64,000 nt of DNA from Candidatus Komeilibacteria bacterium (GCA_048538275.1 JBLYPW010000004.1:7567-71566), one strand, 5' to 3'. Positions 42,195-53,240 are shown, counted from the first letter of the stretch. The notes: a model not told the origin generated them from the sequence alone. Translations and numbers: made by a program.

Positions 42195-43664
42195 ATGCCC
42201 AAATCGCTTAAAATAGCACAAATCGCCTCTGAAGTTGCTCCTTATTCTAAAAGTGGTGGCTTGGGCGTGGTAGCTCGATCTCTGCCCAAGGCCATAAAAA
42301 GACTAGGGCACGACGTAGTGGTAATTACCCCTTTTTATGAAAAGGTGATAAACAAAGAACAATACAATCTGCGTTTAATAAAAGAAGGGTGGGATATTAA
42401 AATTGATAAAAAAAATACCGTCAAGGTAGATGTTTATCGTGGCTGGCTTATGGAAGGTTTGCCCATCTACTTTATTGGTAATAAACAATATTTCTCCAAA
42501 AAAAAGTCCCTCTATGGCTCAAAAAATGAAAATGCCCGTTTTTATTTGTTTGATTTAGCGGCCTTAGAACTATTAAAAATGATTAACTACGCGCCAGATA
42601 TTATACATTGTCACGATTGGCACAGTGGCCTGGTTCCAGAATTGCTACAAGAACGCTATAAAAAAGACAAAAACTTCCATTCCACAGCCACTCTATACAC
42701 CATACACAATTTAATGTATCAGCTGGGACACGACTGGTGGTCCATTCCCAGCCGCTTGCGCGACGATGGTAAGGCACCATTACCATTGTTTAATGAAAAT
42801 TCTATAGAGCGCATCAACTTCGTCAAGCGCGCCATTCTAAGAGCTGATCTTATCAATGCCGTATCCGAAAATTATGCTGTAGAAATAATGACCAAGGACT
42901 TTGGCGAAGACTTGCACATTATTCTTAAAAATAGGCAGGCCAAGCTTTTTGGCATTGTTAATGGTATTGACTATGACGTCTATAATCCTGAAAAAGATCC
43001 CGGTATAATCCGTAATTATAATTATAAAAAAATTCAACATAAAGCTGATAACAAGGCTTGGCTGCAAAAATTTCTTTCTTTGCCCGTTCGTTTAGAAACC
43101 CCCGTAATAGCCATGGTGACTAGAATCACGGAGCAAAAAGGCTTTGATTTGTTAGACAAAATTATTGAGCCGCTATTAACACAGCCACTACAAATAGCTA
43201 TTTTGGGCGGGGGCGACAAAAAACTTATTAGCTCACTAAAAAAAATCCAAAAAAACTACCCCGACCAACTGGGTATTTATCCCAAATTTACCTCCAAATA
43301 TGAAACGTCTTTTTATGCTGGGTCCGACATGCTACTCATGCCTTCCCGTTTTGAACCATGTGGTTTGGGACAATTAATTTCATTGCGTTATGGCAGCGTG
43401 CCGATCGTCCGAGCGACCGGCGGGTTGGCCGACACCGTACAAAACTTCAACCCTAAAAACGAATCTGGCAATGGTTTTGTCTTTAATAATTATAGCAGTA
43501 AAGAATTATTAATCGCCATTATTCGCGCTTTGGAAAATTATAAACATTCTCGTGCCTGGAAAAACCTAGTAATAAAAGGCATGAAAATATCAAATTCTTG
43601 GGAGATACCAGCACAAAAATATGAAGTCTTGTATAATAAAGCTATTAAAGAAGCAAATGAATAA
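42195..43664 (+). CDS. glgA: Glycogen/starch synthase (GT5)
   Basis: KIAQIASEVAPYSKSGGLGVV N-terminal motif. Confidence 0.9.
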   Translation: MPKSLKIAQIASEVAPYSKSGGLGVVARSLPKAIKRLGHDVVVITPFYEKVINKEQYNLRLIKEGWDIKIDKKNTVKVDVYRGWLMEGLPIYFIGNKQYFSKKKSLYGSKNENARFYLFDLAALELLKMINYAPDIIHCHDWHSGLVPELLQERYKKDKNFHSTATLYTIHNLMYQLGHDWWSIPSRLRDDGKAPLPLFNENSIERINFVKRAILRADLINAVSENYAVEIMTKDFGEDLHIILKNRQAKLFGIVNGIDYDVYNPEKDPGIIRNYNYKKIQHKADNKAWLQKFLSLPVRLETPVIAMVTRITEQKGFDLLDKIIEPLLTQPLQIAILGGGDKKLISSLKKIQKNYPDQLGIYPKFTSKYETSFYAGSDMLLMPSRFEPCGLGQLISLRYGSVPIVRATGGLADTVQNFNPKNESGNGFVFNNYSSKELLIAIIRALENYKHSRAWKNLVIKGMKISNSWEIPAQKYEVLYNKAIKEANE

Positions 43665-44799
43665 TTTCTTGTATATACTATATTTATGGTCTCACCGACT
43701 ACTCGGTCGTTTTTGGTTTAAGGAAGAAAAACAATTTATCGCCACTCCCGCTGAAAAATTAGCAGCTCTTAGCATACTAAAACAGGGGTTGGTAGAAAAA
43801 TATTTAAAACGTCATGCGCAGCGAATATTACCTGACTTTTCTCAGTGGGAAAAACTGACTCAAGTAATAATAAAAAATCATCAGGGCAAAAAAAACGTCA
43901 CTTGTGTGGTGCGGTATGAACTACTTTATGTAAACAATAAAGGGCAGCAAAAAAAAGCCGATATTTATTTTAATAGCAGTAGTGATAATTCTCGTCGCCA
44001 CGCTTGGGACTGTCTGACCAATTTAAATGGCCTAAAATTTTCTACCGACCACTGGCAAATTATTAAACCTTATGACTATGTTCCTTATTGGCAATGTCTG
44101 GTCTACTTGGGCGCGCCCGGTCGCAGCTTATTATTCTATACTCAAAACACCTCTCTTAGCCTGACTCCTTTTATACGATTAGCGGCTGGCTGGTTAAAAC
44201 ACCTGCACAATCTTCCTGGCCGACCTTCTTCCGCTTGGCAAAAAAAATACATCTATCAAATGATTCCGCGACCCAGTTTTCTTGCCTGGCGCATAACAAA
44301 AGTCTTCGGTTCGTGGGGGCGTCGCTCTCGTCGCACATTATTAACCGCCATTCGTTTGGAAAAAAAATGGGGACATGCCAAAACAAACAACACCATGCTT
44401 TGCGGCGATTATCACCCCGCCAATATCATCTTCGCCTCCTCCAATCCAAAATCAGTAACAATTATAGATTATGCTGACATGAGCCTGGGGGATAGTCATA
44501 GAGACTTAGGCACCTTTTTACAACAATTTAGTTGGATGGCTAGAATGCATCGCGACAAACAACAAATCTATTATTATAAACGTATTTTTTTGGAAACTTA
44601 TTTCGGTTGCGCTTATCATGACATACCTCTAGACTCTTTTCGTAGAATAAATCTTTATCAGGCTTGGACAGCCCTCCGATCGGCGGTTTTTATTTTCTTA
44701 ATGGAGGGGTCAGGACGATTGGTTTTTGAGTTAATTGATGATGCAGAAAAATATATAAACAAAATTGAAATCAACGCAAAAACTGTCAATATAAAATAA
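43657..44799 (+). CDS. Phosphotransferase (APH / Mak-like kinase fold) family protein
   Basis: CGDYHPANIIF and IIDYADMSLGDSHRDLG match the HGD-H-N and DxE/D catalytic and Mg-binding motifs of the APH/choline/maltokinase family. Embedded between glgA and glgP. Confidence 0.5.
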   Translation: MNNFLYILYLWSHRLLGRFWFKEEKQFIATPAEKLAALSILKQGLVEKYLKRHAQRILPDFSQWEKLTQVIIKNHQGKKNVTCVVRYELLYVNNKGQQKKADIYFNSSSDNSRRHAWDCLTNLNGLKFSTDHWQIIKPYDYVPYWQCLVYLGAPGRSLLFYTQNTSLSLTPFIRLAAGWLKHLHNLPGRPSSAWQKKYIYQMIPRPSFLAWRITKVFGSWGRRSRRTLLTAIRLEKKWGHAKTNNTMLCGDYHPANIIFASSNPKSVTIIDYADMSLGDSHRDLGTFLQQFSWMARMHRDKQQIYYYKRIFLETYFGCAYHDIPLDSFRRINLYQAWTALRSAVFIFLMEGSGRLVFELIDDAEKYINKIEINAKTVNIK

Positions 44800-46544
44800 T
44801 GAGCTTCCCCAAAAACAACTCCACGGAAAAAAAGGCGCAAATAGCCTATTTTTCCATGGAAATAGGTATTAGCCACGAGTTGCCAACTTATGCTGGAGGA
44901 TTGGGTGTATTGGCTGGCGACCTTTTAAAATCATATGCTGATTTGAACATTCCGTTTGTAGGCGTGACTCTTTTAAACGAAAAAGGATATTTTCGCCAGT
45001 CTATAGACGACTCTGGAAAACAAATAGAATCGGACTTGAGCTGGCCAATACGAAAATACATGAAACTAATGCCCCACAAGGTTACCGTTTCTATTGCTGG
45101 TAGACCGGTTATTGTGCGCGCCTGGAAACATCTTATTAATGGTCAGGCTGGTAACCGCAGTCCAATATTTTTCTTAGATACAAACTGCTCTGAAAATAGC
45201 GATGCGGATAAAAAATTGACCAGCCACCTTTATGGCGGCGACCGTCAATACCGCCTCGCTCAAGAAATTGTTTTGGGGGTAGGCGGACTGCGCATGCTCA
45301 AAGCTCTGGGTTATTATGATATACAAAAATATCATCTCAATGAAGGACACGCCGCTCTCCTAGCCATTGAACTACTACATGGATTAAGTAGCGACAAAGA
45401 GCAAGAAGAAAAAACCATCGCCACCGTTAAAGACCGTTGCGTGTTCACTACCCACACTCCCGTAGCCGCAGGGCATGATCAATTTACTCAAACGCTTTGG
45501 CGAAAATTGTTAGGCGATTTTGTGCCGCCAAGTATATACAAAAAAATTATCACTCCAGAAAAAAAAGTAAGCATGACTTTATTAGCGCTCACTATGAGTA
45601 CTTATATAAACGGAGTGGCCAAACAGCACGCCCGAGTCACCAGAGAAATGTTTCCCAGCTATCATATAAACAGCATAACCAATGGCGTCCACCCTCCCTC
45701 TTGGACATCCCCCGCATGGTCCGATCTTTTTGACAAAAACCTGTCGGGCTGGCGCCTAGATCCCCACATTCTTAGAAACGCTCTGATTATAAACAACCAA
45801 GCTGTTTGGCGCGCTCATCAACTCAGCAAACAAGCACTTTTGAAAGAAATAGAAAAAAGTTGCGGTCAAAAATATGACCAAAACACTTTTACGCTTGGTT
45901 TTGCTCGTCGTTTTACGGCTTATAAGCGACCAGATTTATTATTTTTTGACCTTGAACGATTAAAAAACATTGCCGCAAGACACGGTGGCTTACAATTGGT
46001 ATTTGCTGGCAAGGCACACGCTCAAGACAGGCAAGGAAAAAAACTAATTAACAATATAAACAAATTAGCCTTGCAGCTACGTCAAGAGCAAGGGCTATTA
46101 CGTTTGGTTTTTTTACCTCAATATGATATGCGCTTGGCTAAATTAATGGTATCTGGATCTGACGCCTGGCTAAACACCCCTCAGCTTCCCTACGAAGCTT
46201 CTGGAACCTCGGGCATGAAAGCCGCCCTCAATGGCGTTCCTCATTTTTCTACCATAGATGGTTGGTGGTTAGAGGGTTTATTAGAAGGTTTGACCGGCTG
46301 GGGCATTGGCGCTCATCCTCAAGACAAAAACATTAGTTTTGCTGGCGATATTGATCCTGAGCCCGACGCCAACAGTCTATATAAAAAACTTGATGCTGTT
46401 ATTTTGCCTCTTTTTTATAAAAATAACAGCGCTTGGATTAATATCATGAAACACTGTATTGCTATAAACGGTAGTTTTTTCAATACTTATCGTATGGCGC
46501 AACAATACTTAACCAATGCCTACTTAGCCCAATCCGACGAATAG
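44799..46544 (+). CDS. glgP: Alpha-glucan (glycogen/maltodextrin) phosphorylase, GT35 short form
   Basis: AYFSMEIGISHELPTYAGGLGVLAGD and the PLP-site region. Confidence 0.85.
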   Translation: MSFPKNNSTEKKAQIAYFSMEIGISHELPTYAGGLGVLAGDLLKSYADLNIPFVGVTLLNEKGYFRQSIDDSGKQIESDLSWPIRKYMKLMPHKVTVSIAGRPVIVRAWKHLINGQAGNRSPIFFLDTNCSENSDADKKLTSHLYGGDRQYRLAQEIVLGVGGLRMLKALGYYDIQKYHLNEGHAALLAIELLHGLSSDKEQEEKTIATVKDRCVFTTHTPVAAGHDQFTQTLWRKLLGDFVPPSIYKKIITPEKKVSMTLLALTMSTYINGVAKQHARVTREMFPSYHINSITNGVHPPSWTSPAWSDLFDKNLSGWRLDPHILRNALIINNQAVWRAHQLSKQALLKEIEKSCGQKYDQNTFTLGFARRFTAYKRPDLLFFDLERLKNIAARHGGLQLVFAGKAHAQDRQGKKLINNINKLALQLRQEQGLLRLVFLPQYDMRLAKLMVSGSDAWLNTPQLPYEASGTSGMKAALNGVPHFSTIDGWWLEGLLEGLTGWGIGAHPQDKNISFAGDIDPEPDANSLYKKLDAVILPLFYKNNSAWINIMKHCIAINGSFFNTYRMAQQYLTNAYLAQSDE

Positions 46545-46668
46545 TGATTTTTAAAGCCAAATATACCCAACTAGGCTTTAAATCCTTAAATAATCAAGGG
46601 TGCAAAACCAGGCACACAATTGTGAAAATTTGCCACCCTTGGTAAAATAAAATAGCTAAAAATATTAA

Positions 46669-49593
46669 ATGCCAATACCTCAACTAAAAATAAAGTCTCC
46701 GCGTCATTGGGAAAAAAACTCGGACAAACCAAAGAAAAAAAGGAATAGTGGTCATAGAAAGCCGTCTCCCAAAAATAAACCAAGTTCTCGCTCCCAACAA
46801 CCACGCTTGCCAAAAAAAAACACGCTGGCCTTGGGTTCTTTATGGAAAAAATCTTGGCGCCCTCTCTTGCGCTGGGGCGTTCGTCTAATAATCCTGGGCT
46901 TACTTGTTTTGGTGGGGGCTTTTGTTTATTATTCCAAAGACCTGCCCAACCCCAATAAAATCATTGAGCGCAATATTGCACAAAGTACAAAAATTTATGA
47001 CAAGACCGGAACCAATTTGCTTTATGAAATAGCCGGCGACCAAAAACGTACTCTGATAGAGCTTTCCGCTATTCCTACCTATTCTATTCAAGCGACCATT
47101 GCGGTAGAAGATAAAAACTTCTATGATCATGGCGGCATCTCTTTTACCGGCATAATTCGCTCTATTATAGTTGACATATTACGCGGTGGTAAAGTACAAG
47201 GAGGATCCACTCTAACACAACAATTAGTCAAAAACGCCATTCTCACTCCCGAAAAAAAAATCTCTAGAAAAATAAAAGAGCTGGTATTATCTTACCGCAT
47301 AGAAAAAAAGTTCAGTAAGGACGAGATACTAAAAATGTACTTTAACGAAATTCCTTATGGTTCAAACGCTTATGGAATAGAGGCGGCTGCCAATTATTAT
47401 TTTGGCAAGTCCGCTGCTGATTTAACTTTAGCGGAAAGCGCCGTGCTCGCGGCCCTTCCCCAAGCGCCGTCATACTATTCACCATACGGCTCTAATCGCA
47501 ACGCTCTCATTACGCGCCAGCATTATGTACTAAATCAAATGGCTGGCCAAGGCTATATCACCAAAGAACAAGCCGAACAAGCGAAACAAGAATCGTTATC
47601 TTTTAAAGATCGCCTTACTAACATCACCGCGCCCCATTTTGTTTTGTATGTCAAAGAATATTTAGCCAATAAATATGGCGACCAGTTGGTTGAACAGGGC
47701 GGCTTAAAAATAATCACCACCCTTGATCTAAAGGCTCAAATAGCTGCCGAAAACGCCATTAACGAGCAAGCCGACACCAATGAGCGCTATCAGGCGTCAA
47801 ATGCCGCCTTGGTGGCTATTGACGTGCCTACGGGGCAAATATTAGCGATGGTCGGCTCCAAAGATTATTTTAACGACAATATAGATGGCCAAGTAAACGT
47901 TGCCGTGCAACCGCGCCAACCCGGCAGCTCATTTAAACCCCTGGTGTACCTAACCGGCTTTACTAGGGGCTATACTCCGGATAGCTTATTGTTTGATCTT
48001 AACACTTCATTTCGTGCTGAACCAAAAAGCTATGAACCAAAAAATTATGACTTAGCAGAGCATGGTCCGGTGTCTATCCGTCAGGCGCTGGCCGGTTCTC
48101 TTAACATTCCAGCGGTTAAGATGATTTATCTGGCCAATATTGGTAATGTTTTAGATTTGGCTGACAATTTTGGTTATACAACTCTAAACGACCGCTCCCG
48201 CTTTGGACTGTCTTTAGTTTTGGGCGGCGGAGAAGTCAAATTATTGGAACATGTCAATGCTTATGCGGCCCTAGCTCGGGAAGGGGTGTGGTTGCCTTAT
48301 TATTCTCTACTAAAAGTGGAGGATGCAAACGGCAACACGCTGGAAGAATACAAAGAAAACAAAGGAGAAAAAATAATAGACGCTAATTATGTCCGCATGT
48401 TAAATGATGTTTTATCAGACAACGGCGCTCGTGCCTATGTATTTGGCACCAATAATTATCTAACCCTGCCGGAGCGTCCAGTAGCGGCCAAGACCGGGAC
48501 CACAGACAACTATCGTGATGCCTGGACGGTCGGCTTCACGCCCAACCAAGTTGCCGCTGGCGTATGGGTCGGAAACAATAATAATGATGAAATGAAACGC
48601 GGCGCCGCTGGCGGCGTTGTCGCCGCGCCTATTTGGCAAAAGTTCTTAAGCGCCTATCTTGAAAACGCACCAATAAAAACCTTCACCAAGCCCCAATACA
48701 CCAATGCGAATAAACCAATGATTGGTGGTTATCTTGAAGGTGGAGACAAGATAAAAATAGATAAGATTTCTGGCAAATTGGCAACCGAATACACTCCGGC
48801 AGAAACCACAGAAGAAAAAACCTTCAAAGAAATTCACAATATTTTAGAATATGTTGATCGCGCCGATCCTTTGGGGCCTGCACCATCAAGCCCTGGGCAA
48901 GACTACCAATATGATGCTTGGGAGGACCCTGTACGCACCTGGACAGAAAAACAAAACTTTATAGCTGAGTCGCCTCCTACTGAATATGACGACATTCACT
49001 TGCCTGGCGACAAACCCTATATTTCTATAATAGAGCCGCGCGAGGGTACCACAATAAAATCTGGTCAAGTTGTTATTACTGTTAATGCTGGCGCTCCCCG
49101 CGGCGCGCAAGAAGTAAAATTTTATTTAGATGATAAGCTTATTGGTTCTAGTACCAATAGTCCTTTCAATTATACTTATATTATTTCCCCTGCCATTGCC
49201 AACGGACCGCACGTATTGTCTGCTAAGGTATATGATGATGTTTTAAACAATAATTTAGCTAGCATAAACTTGGTTTTTGATCGTGAAGAATATATAAAAA
49301 TGAACTGGCTAAGTCCCAGCAGCGGAACAACTCTCACTACTAGTGATTTTCCTTTCGTCTTAGAATTGGGGCTAGAAAATCCCGACATAATAAGACAAAT
49401 AGATTTTTATTATCGTTTGGCTGATAACAGCCAGTCTCATTGGCTCGGGTTTGTAAAGCAACCATTAACCAATCCCATTACCCTGACGTGGGACAATAAG
49501 CCTAACAACGGAGTATACAAGGTATACCCAGTTTTCACTGATGTGCAAGGCAATGTCGTACAAGGAAAAAACATCACTGCGAGCATTGAATAA
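46669..49593 (+). CDS. mrcA: Penicillin-binding protein 1A (GT51 transglycosylase + transpeptidase) with basic N-terminal tail and C-terminal extra domains
   Basis: GT51 motifs QATIAVEDKNFYDHGG and GGSTLTQQ. TPase SxxK in STFKP. Confidence 0.88.
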   Translation: MPIPQLKIKSPRHWEKNSDKPKKKRNSGHRKPSPKNKPSSRSQQPRLPKKNTLALGSLWKKSWRPLLRWGVRLIILGLLVLVGAFVYYSKDLPNPNKIIERNIAQSTKIYDKTGTNLLYEIAGDQKRTLIELSAIPTYSIQATIAVEDKNFYDHGGISFTGIIRSIIVDILRGGKVQGGSTLTQQLVKNAILTPEKKISRKIKELVLSYRIEKKFSKDEILKMYFNEIPYGSNAYGIEAAANYYFGKSAADLTLAESAVLAALPQAPSYYSPYGSNRNALITRQHYVLNQMAGQGYITKEQAEQAKQESLSFKDRLTNITAPHFVLYVKEYLANKYGDQLVEQGGLKIITTLDLKAQIAAENAINEQADTNERYQASNAALVAIDVPTGQILAMVGSKDYFNDNIDGQVNVAVQPRQPGSSFKPLVYLTGFTRGYTPDSLLFDLNTSFRAEPKSYEPKNYDLAEHGPVSIRQALAGSLNIPAVKMIYLANIGNVLDLADNFGYTTLNDRSRFGLSLVLGGGEVKLLEHVNAYAALAREGVWLPYYSLLKVEDANGNTLEEYKENKGEKIIDANYVRMLNDVLSDNGARAYVFGTNNYLTLPERPVAAKTGTTDNYRDAWTVGFTPNQVAAGVWVGNNNNDEMKRGAAGGVVAAPIWQKFLSAYLENAPIKTFTKPQYTNANKPMIGGYLEGGDKIKIDKISGKLATEYTPAETTEEKTFKEIHNILEYVDRADPLGPAPSSPGQDYQYDAWEDPVRTWTEKQNFIAESPPTEYDDIHLPGDKPYISIIEPREGTTIKSGQVVITVNAGAPRGAQEVKFYLDDKLIGSSTNSPFNYTYIISPAIANGPHVLSAKVYDDVLNNNLASINLVFDREEYIKMNWLSPSSGTTLTTSDFPFVLELGLENPDIIRQIDFYYRLADNSQSHWLGFVKQPLTNPITLTWDNKPNNGVYKVYPVFTDVQGNVVQGKNITASIE

Positions 49594-49613
49594 ATTTCCT
49601 AAAGCCAAGTACC

Positions 49614-49643
49614 CAAAAACCGACTCTGAAAGCCGGTTTTTTG
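49614..49643. terminator. Weak bidirectional terminator AAAAACCG/CGGTTTTTT
   Basis: Short stem with a T-run, between the convergent PBP1A and dnaN genes. Confidence 0.4.
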
Positions 49644-49734
49644 TTGGGTAGCCCCCATGCCTGAGAACTATATCTTAAAAGGTAGTTATGAGTCCCCTAT
49701 TAAAAGAAAACCCACACACCCCCCTTAAGTAAAA

Positions 49735-50835
49735 TTATTGACGTATTGGCATTACAATATATAAATATCCTTCTCTGTCGGTTGGTACAAATACGCCTGG
49801 CGCGCCTTGATTACTGAGCTTTATGGTGACGCTTTCCGATTGTAGACCATTTAGGCCGTCTAGTAAATAACGATAGTTAAACACCATATCTATTTCATCA
49901 CCCTTAATATCGGCATTAATTTTTGTTATATTTTCCCCTAAACCACCATTTGCAGACACTATTATTATCTCTCCTTTACTTGGTAAAAACGTCATTTTTA
50001 CGTCATTTATGCCTGGTTTACAAAACAAAGCTGCTCCTTTTATTGCCTTCACTAGTTCGGTTATTTTAGTAGTAACAATCGTCTTTTCTTCTTTGGGGAT
50101 AATTTGTTCATAATCTGGGTAATTACCATCTATTAAACGAGAAACTAATTTCACATTATCATAGCTAAACAATATTTGATCATCGTTCATACTAATGCTG
50201 ACCTCTCCTTGACCGCTCACCCCTAAGCCACGAAATAACTCTTGTAATGTTTTTAACGGCACAATTATTTTTTTATGTAGCTCGCTTTTAGTCTCTATTT
50301 TCTTTTCCGCTAAACGATAGCTGTCGGTAGCGGCCACCACCAAGTTGTTTTCACTAAAATTAAAAAATACTCCACTTATTTCTGGCCTACTTTCATCAAC
50401 ACTAACGGCAAATAATGTTTGACTCAACAATTCTTGCAAATTTTCTTTTTTTATTATTACTTGCTCTTCCGAAGAAACTTCTGGAATCAAGGGATAGTCC
50501 TCTGCGCTCATTCCCTTAATCTCTGTTTGTGATTTTTTACTGTCTATTTTTAATCCTTCATCGCTTACCGTCAAAGTAATATTTTCTTTTGGTAAAAGAT
50601 TTATATAGTCGGTTAATAGTCTAGCAGGAACAGTATAACTTCCGTCCTTTTCTACCTTCCCCCGTATTTGTACATTTATGCCTATTTCCAAATTGGTAGT
50701 AGCTAAAGTAATAATGCCATCGACCGCCTTTAATAAAACATTATTTAAAATGGGAAGATTAGCATTACGAGAAGCAATATGATTTACTATTGATAACCCT
50801 GTATTCAAATTTTCTTGCGTGCAAATGATTTTCAT
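49735..50835 (-). CDS. dnaN: DNA polymerase III beta sliding clamp
   Basis: MKIICTQENLNTGLSIVNHIAS. 366 aa. Confidence 0.9.
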   Translation of the reverse strand: MKIICTQENLNTGLSIVNHIASRNANLPILNNVLLKAVDGIITLATTNLEIGINVQIRGKVEKDGSYTVPARLLTDYINLLPKENITLTVSDEGLKIDSKKSQTEIKGMSAEDYPLIPEVSSEEQVIIKKENLQELLSQTLFAVSVDESRPEISGVFFNFSENNLVVAATDSYRLAEKKIETKSELHKKIIVPLKTLQELFRGLGVSGQGEVSISMNDDQILFSYDNVKLVSRLIDGNYPDYEQIIPKEEKTIVTTKITELVKAIKGAALFCKPGINDVKMTFLPSKGEIIIVSANGGLGENITKINADIKGDEIDMVFNYRYLLDGLNGLQSESVTIKLSNQGAPGVFVPTDREGYLYIVMPIRQ

Positions 50836-51113
50836 TATTATTAATATAAATAATTATTTAATTTTATTAATCATTGTAATAATAAGGGGGTGTTAATATC
50901 TTAATAAGTGTTAAAGAGATAGAATTTTAAGTGCTTTTATACTCTACTTATCTCTGGACAACTCACGCTATTGTTGCGGACAAGGAAAGAACCATTTGTT
51001 AATAAAATCCCAGAGAGAAAAGTTATGAACTATTTGTTAAATCTTACTAACAGAAAGAAAGAGAATTATCCTATGCTTGTTTACGGTTTACTCAACAGGA
51101 AAGCCACAATATA

Positions 51114-52508
51114 TTAGGAGGCGTAGAGCTGTTGTCTGATCAAATCAATGTCGCTTTTTATCTTGCTGTTGTTTTTTATTTCATTTTCTATTTTGTTGCA
51201 GGCATGAATAGCGGTGGTATGATCACGACCCCCCAGTTCTTGTCCGATAGACGGGTAGGAGCTTTTTAGCTCTTCTCGCAATAACCACATTACGATCTGA
51301 CGAGGAATAACCATTTCTTTCCGACGACAACTGCCAACCAAATCATCCATTGATATATCATAAAATTCAGAAACCTTATTAGCGATTTTTTTTGGCGTTA
51401 GGCCGCTTTTTTTCGCGCTTAATGAAAGTGAACCAAGAACATTTTTTACGGTTTCTAGTGTCAGCTTACTATTATTTAATTGATGATAGGCAATGATTCT
51501 GTTTAGGGCGCCTTCTAGCTCACGAATATTACTTTGAATATTTTCTGCGACATAAGACAGTATTTCTGGAGATAAATCAAAATTTTTAGAATTACATTTG
51601 GCTTCCAAGATGGCATAGCGCGTTTCCAGGTCGGGTACAGATATGTCAGCAATCATTCCCCACTCAAAACGAGAAATCAGCCTTTGTTCAACCTCGGCAA
51701 TTGCCTTTGGCGGGCGGTCAGAAGTCATAACAATTTGCCTGTTTTTTTGGTGAAGCTCATTAAAGGTGTGAAAAAATTCTTCTTGGGTTTGTTCTTTACC
51801 GGCTATAAACTGAATATCATCTATTAATAAAACGTCAACAGTACGGTAATATTTTTTTAACTCATCAACATTGCCTCGTTTAATAGAGTTGATGTAGTCA
51901 TTAACAAACTTTTCACTGTTTATGTAAACCACTCTGCTGCTGGGAGTTTTTTCTAAAATAGCATTACCGATGGCTTGTAAAAGGTGTGTTTTTCCTAAAC
52001 CAACGCCACCATATAAAAACAAGGGGTTATAAACTTCGCCCGGCCTATCGACAACCGCCTTAGCGGCCGCCGTTGCCAAATCATTGCCCTTTCCTACAAT
52101 AAAGGACTGAAAAGTATATTTTGGGTTTAAATTAAAAGAATTGGTTTTCTCGTTGGTTGTGGTTGTTTGTTTTGTGTCCGTTTGTATTTTACTATTGGTG
52201 GATAAAACGGCAGGCGAATCATCCGTGGTTGCGTCAGCAAGAGAGGCGCGCGCCGGCTTATTAGCACTCACTTTATAAACAACAGTGGTAATCTTTCCTT
52301 GGCTGCTTTTATTAATAGCAGCGATTATATTGTCATTATATTTGTTTTCTAACCAGGCCTTGGTAAAAGCATTGGGGACGCCAACAATAGCAGAGTTGCC
52401 ATCTATATCAGCAATAAACGTATTTTTAAACCAGGTGGTAAAATTTGCCTTTGAAATTGTGAGCTCCAGCTCACCAAGTACCGCTTCCCAAAGTTGGTCT
52501 GCAAACAT
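51114..52508 (-). CDS. dnaA: Chromosomal replication initiator DnaA
   Basis: N-terminal LWEAVLGELE. AAA+ Walker A GGVGLGKTHLL. C-terminal DNA-binding domain. Confidence 0.95.
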   Translation of the reverse strand: MFADQLWEAVLGELELTISKANFTTWFKNTFIADIDGNSAIVGVPNAFTKAWLENKYNDNIIAAINKSSQGKITTVVYKVSANKPARASLADATTDDSPAVLSTNSKIQTDTKQTTTTNEKTNSFNLNPKYTFQSFIVGKGNDLATAAAKAVVDRPGEVYNPLFLYGGVGLGKTHLLQAIGNAILEKTPSSRVVYINSEKFVNDYINSIKRGNVDELKKYYRTVDVLLIDDIQFIAGKEQTQEEFFHTFNELHQKNRQIVMTSDRPPKAIAEVEQRLISRFEWGMIADISVPDLETRYAILEAKCNSKNFDLSPEILSYVAENIQSNIRELEGALNRIIAYHQLNNSKLTLETVKNVLGSLSLSAKKSGLTPKKIANKVSEFYDISMDDLVGSCRRKEMVIPRQIVMWLLREELKSSYPSIGQELGGRDHTTAIHACNKIENEIKNNSKIKSDIDLIRQQLYAS

Positions 52509-52639
52509 TTTGTTTTTTTATTAAATAAATATTCAAACATCGCTTAAAACGAAGGCATTGCTTTGCGCAACGCTTTTTCATTTTAGCACAGCTGAGAAGA
52601 ATTAAAAACCACCTAATAAATAAAAAATTGTTTACAAAA

Positions 52640-52648
52640 TGTTGATAA
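52640..52648. promoter_or_regulatory. DnaA-box-like 9-mer TGTTGATAA (one mismatch to TGTGGATAA) in the dnaA-rpmH intergenic putative oriC
   Basis: Lies in an AT-rich 250-nt spacer between divergent dnaA and rpmH. Confidence 0.3.
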
Positions 52649-52756
52649 ACGGTTAACAAAATAAACAAGAAATAAAAACCCTTTACAATTTATGGGTTTA
52701 TTGCTACACTAGCGTTGTTATTTTTATTAATTTATATAAAATAAGATAGAGACAAC

Positions 52757-52906
52757 ATGCCAAAAAGAACTTATCAACCAAAGAAAAGACGCCGCCTAAA
52801 AAAATACGGCTTTCGTGCACGTCAAGCAGATAGTGGCGGGAAAAAGGTTTTGAAGCGTCGTCGTGCGCGAGGACGAGCAAGACTTTCTTCTAGCAATGAA
52901 AAATAG
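52757..52906 (+). CDS. rpmH: 50S ribosomal protein L34
   Basis: Not in the ORF track (49 aa). Hand translation: [49 protein letters not shown]. Confidence 0.85.
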   Translation: MPKRTYQPKKRRRLKKYGFRARQADSGGKKVLKRRRARGRARLSSSNEK

Positions 52907-53240
52907 TTTAAACAAAGAAAAGGACATTTTTAGGGTTTTAAGAAAAAAACCCTTTTTTTCCCAACACTTCGTGGTAAAAAGCGCGCCGGGCGAGGACAAA
53001 CAGTTTCGTTACACTATAATAATTTCAAAGAAACAAGAAAAATCAGCCGTAAAAAGAAATTTAATAAAGCGGCGCATTCGTAGTCTGGTTCAAAAACAAA
53101 AAGAAAGCATTGGTCCGCGGACAGACTTTGTTATATCTGTTAAGGGAAAAGAACTGGCTAAGGTTTTACGCGGAGAAGGATTGCGCTTGGAGTTGCTTCA
53201 AGTTATGGACCGGGCGGGCATAATAAAGAAAGAAAAATGA
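52896..53240 (+). CDS. rnpA: Ribonuclease P protein component
   Basis: [18 protein letters not shown]-motif region. Overlaps the rpmH end. The ORF is open from 52863. Confidence 0.75.
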   Translation: MKNSLNKEKDIFRVLRKKPFFSQHFVVKSAPGEDKQFRYTIIISKKQEKSAVKRNLIKRRIRSLVQKQKESIGPRTDFVISVKGKELAKVLRGEGLRLELLQVMDRAGIIKKEK

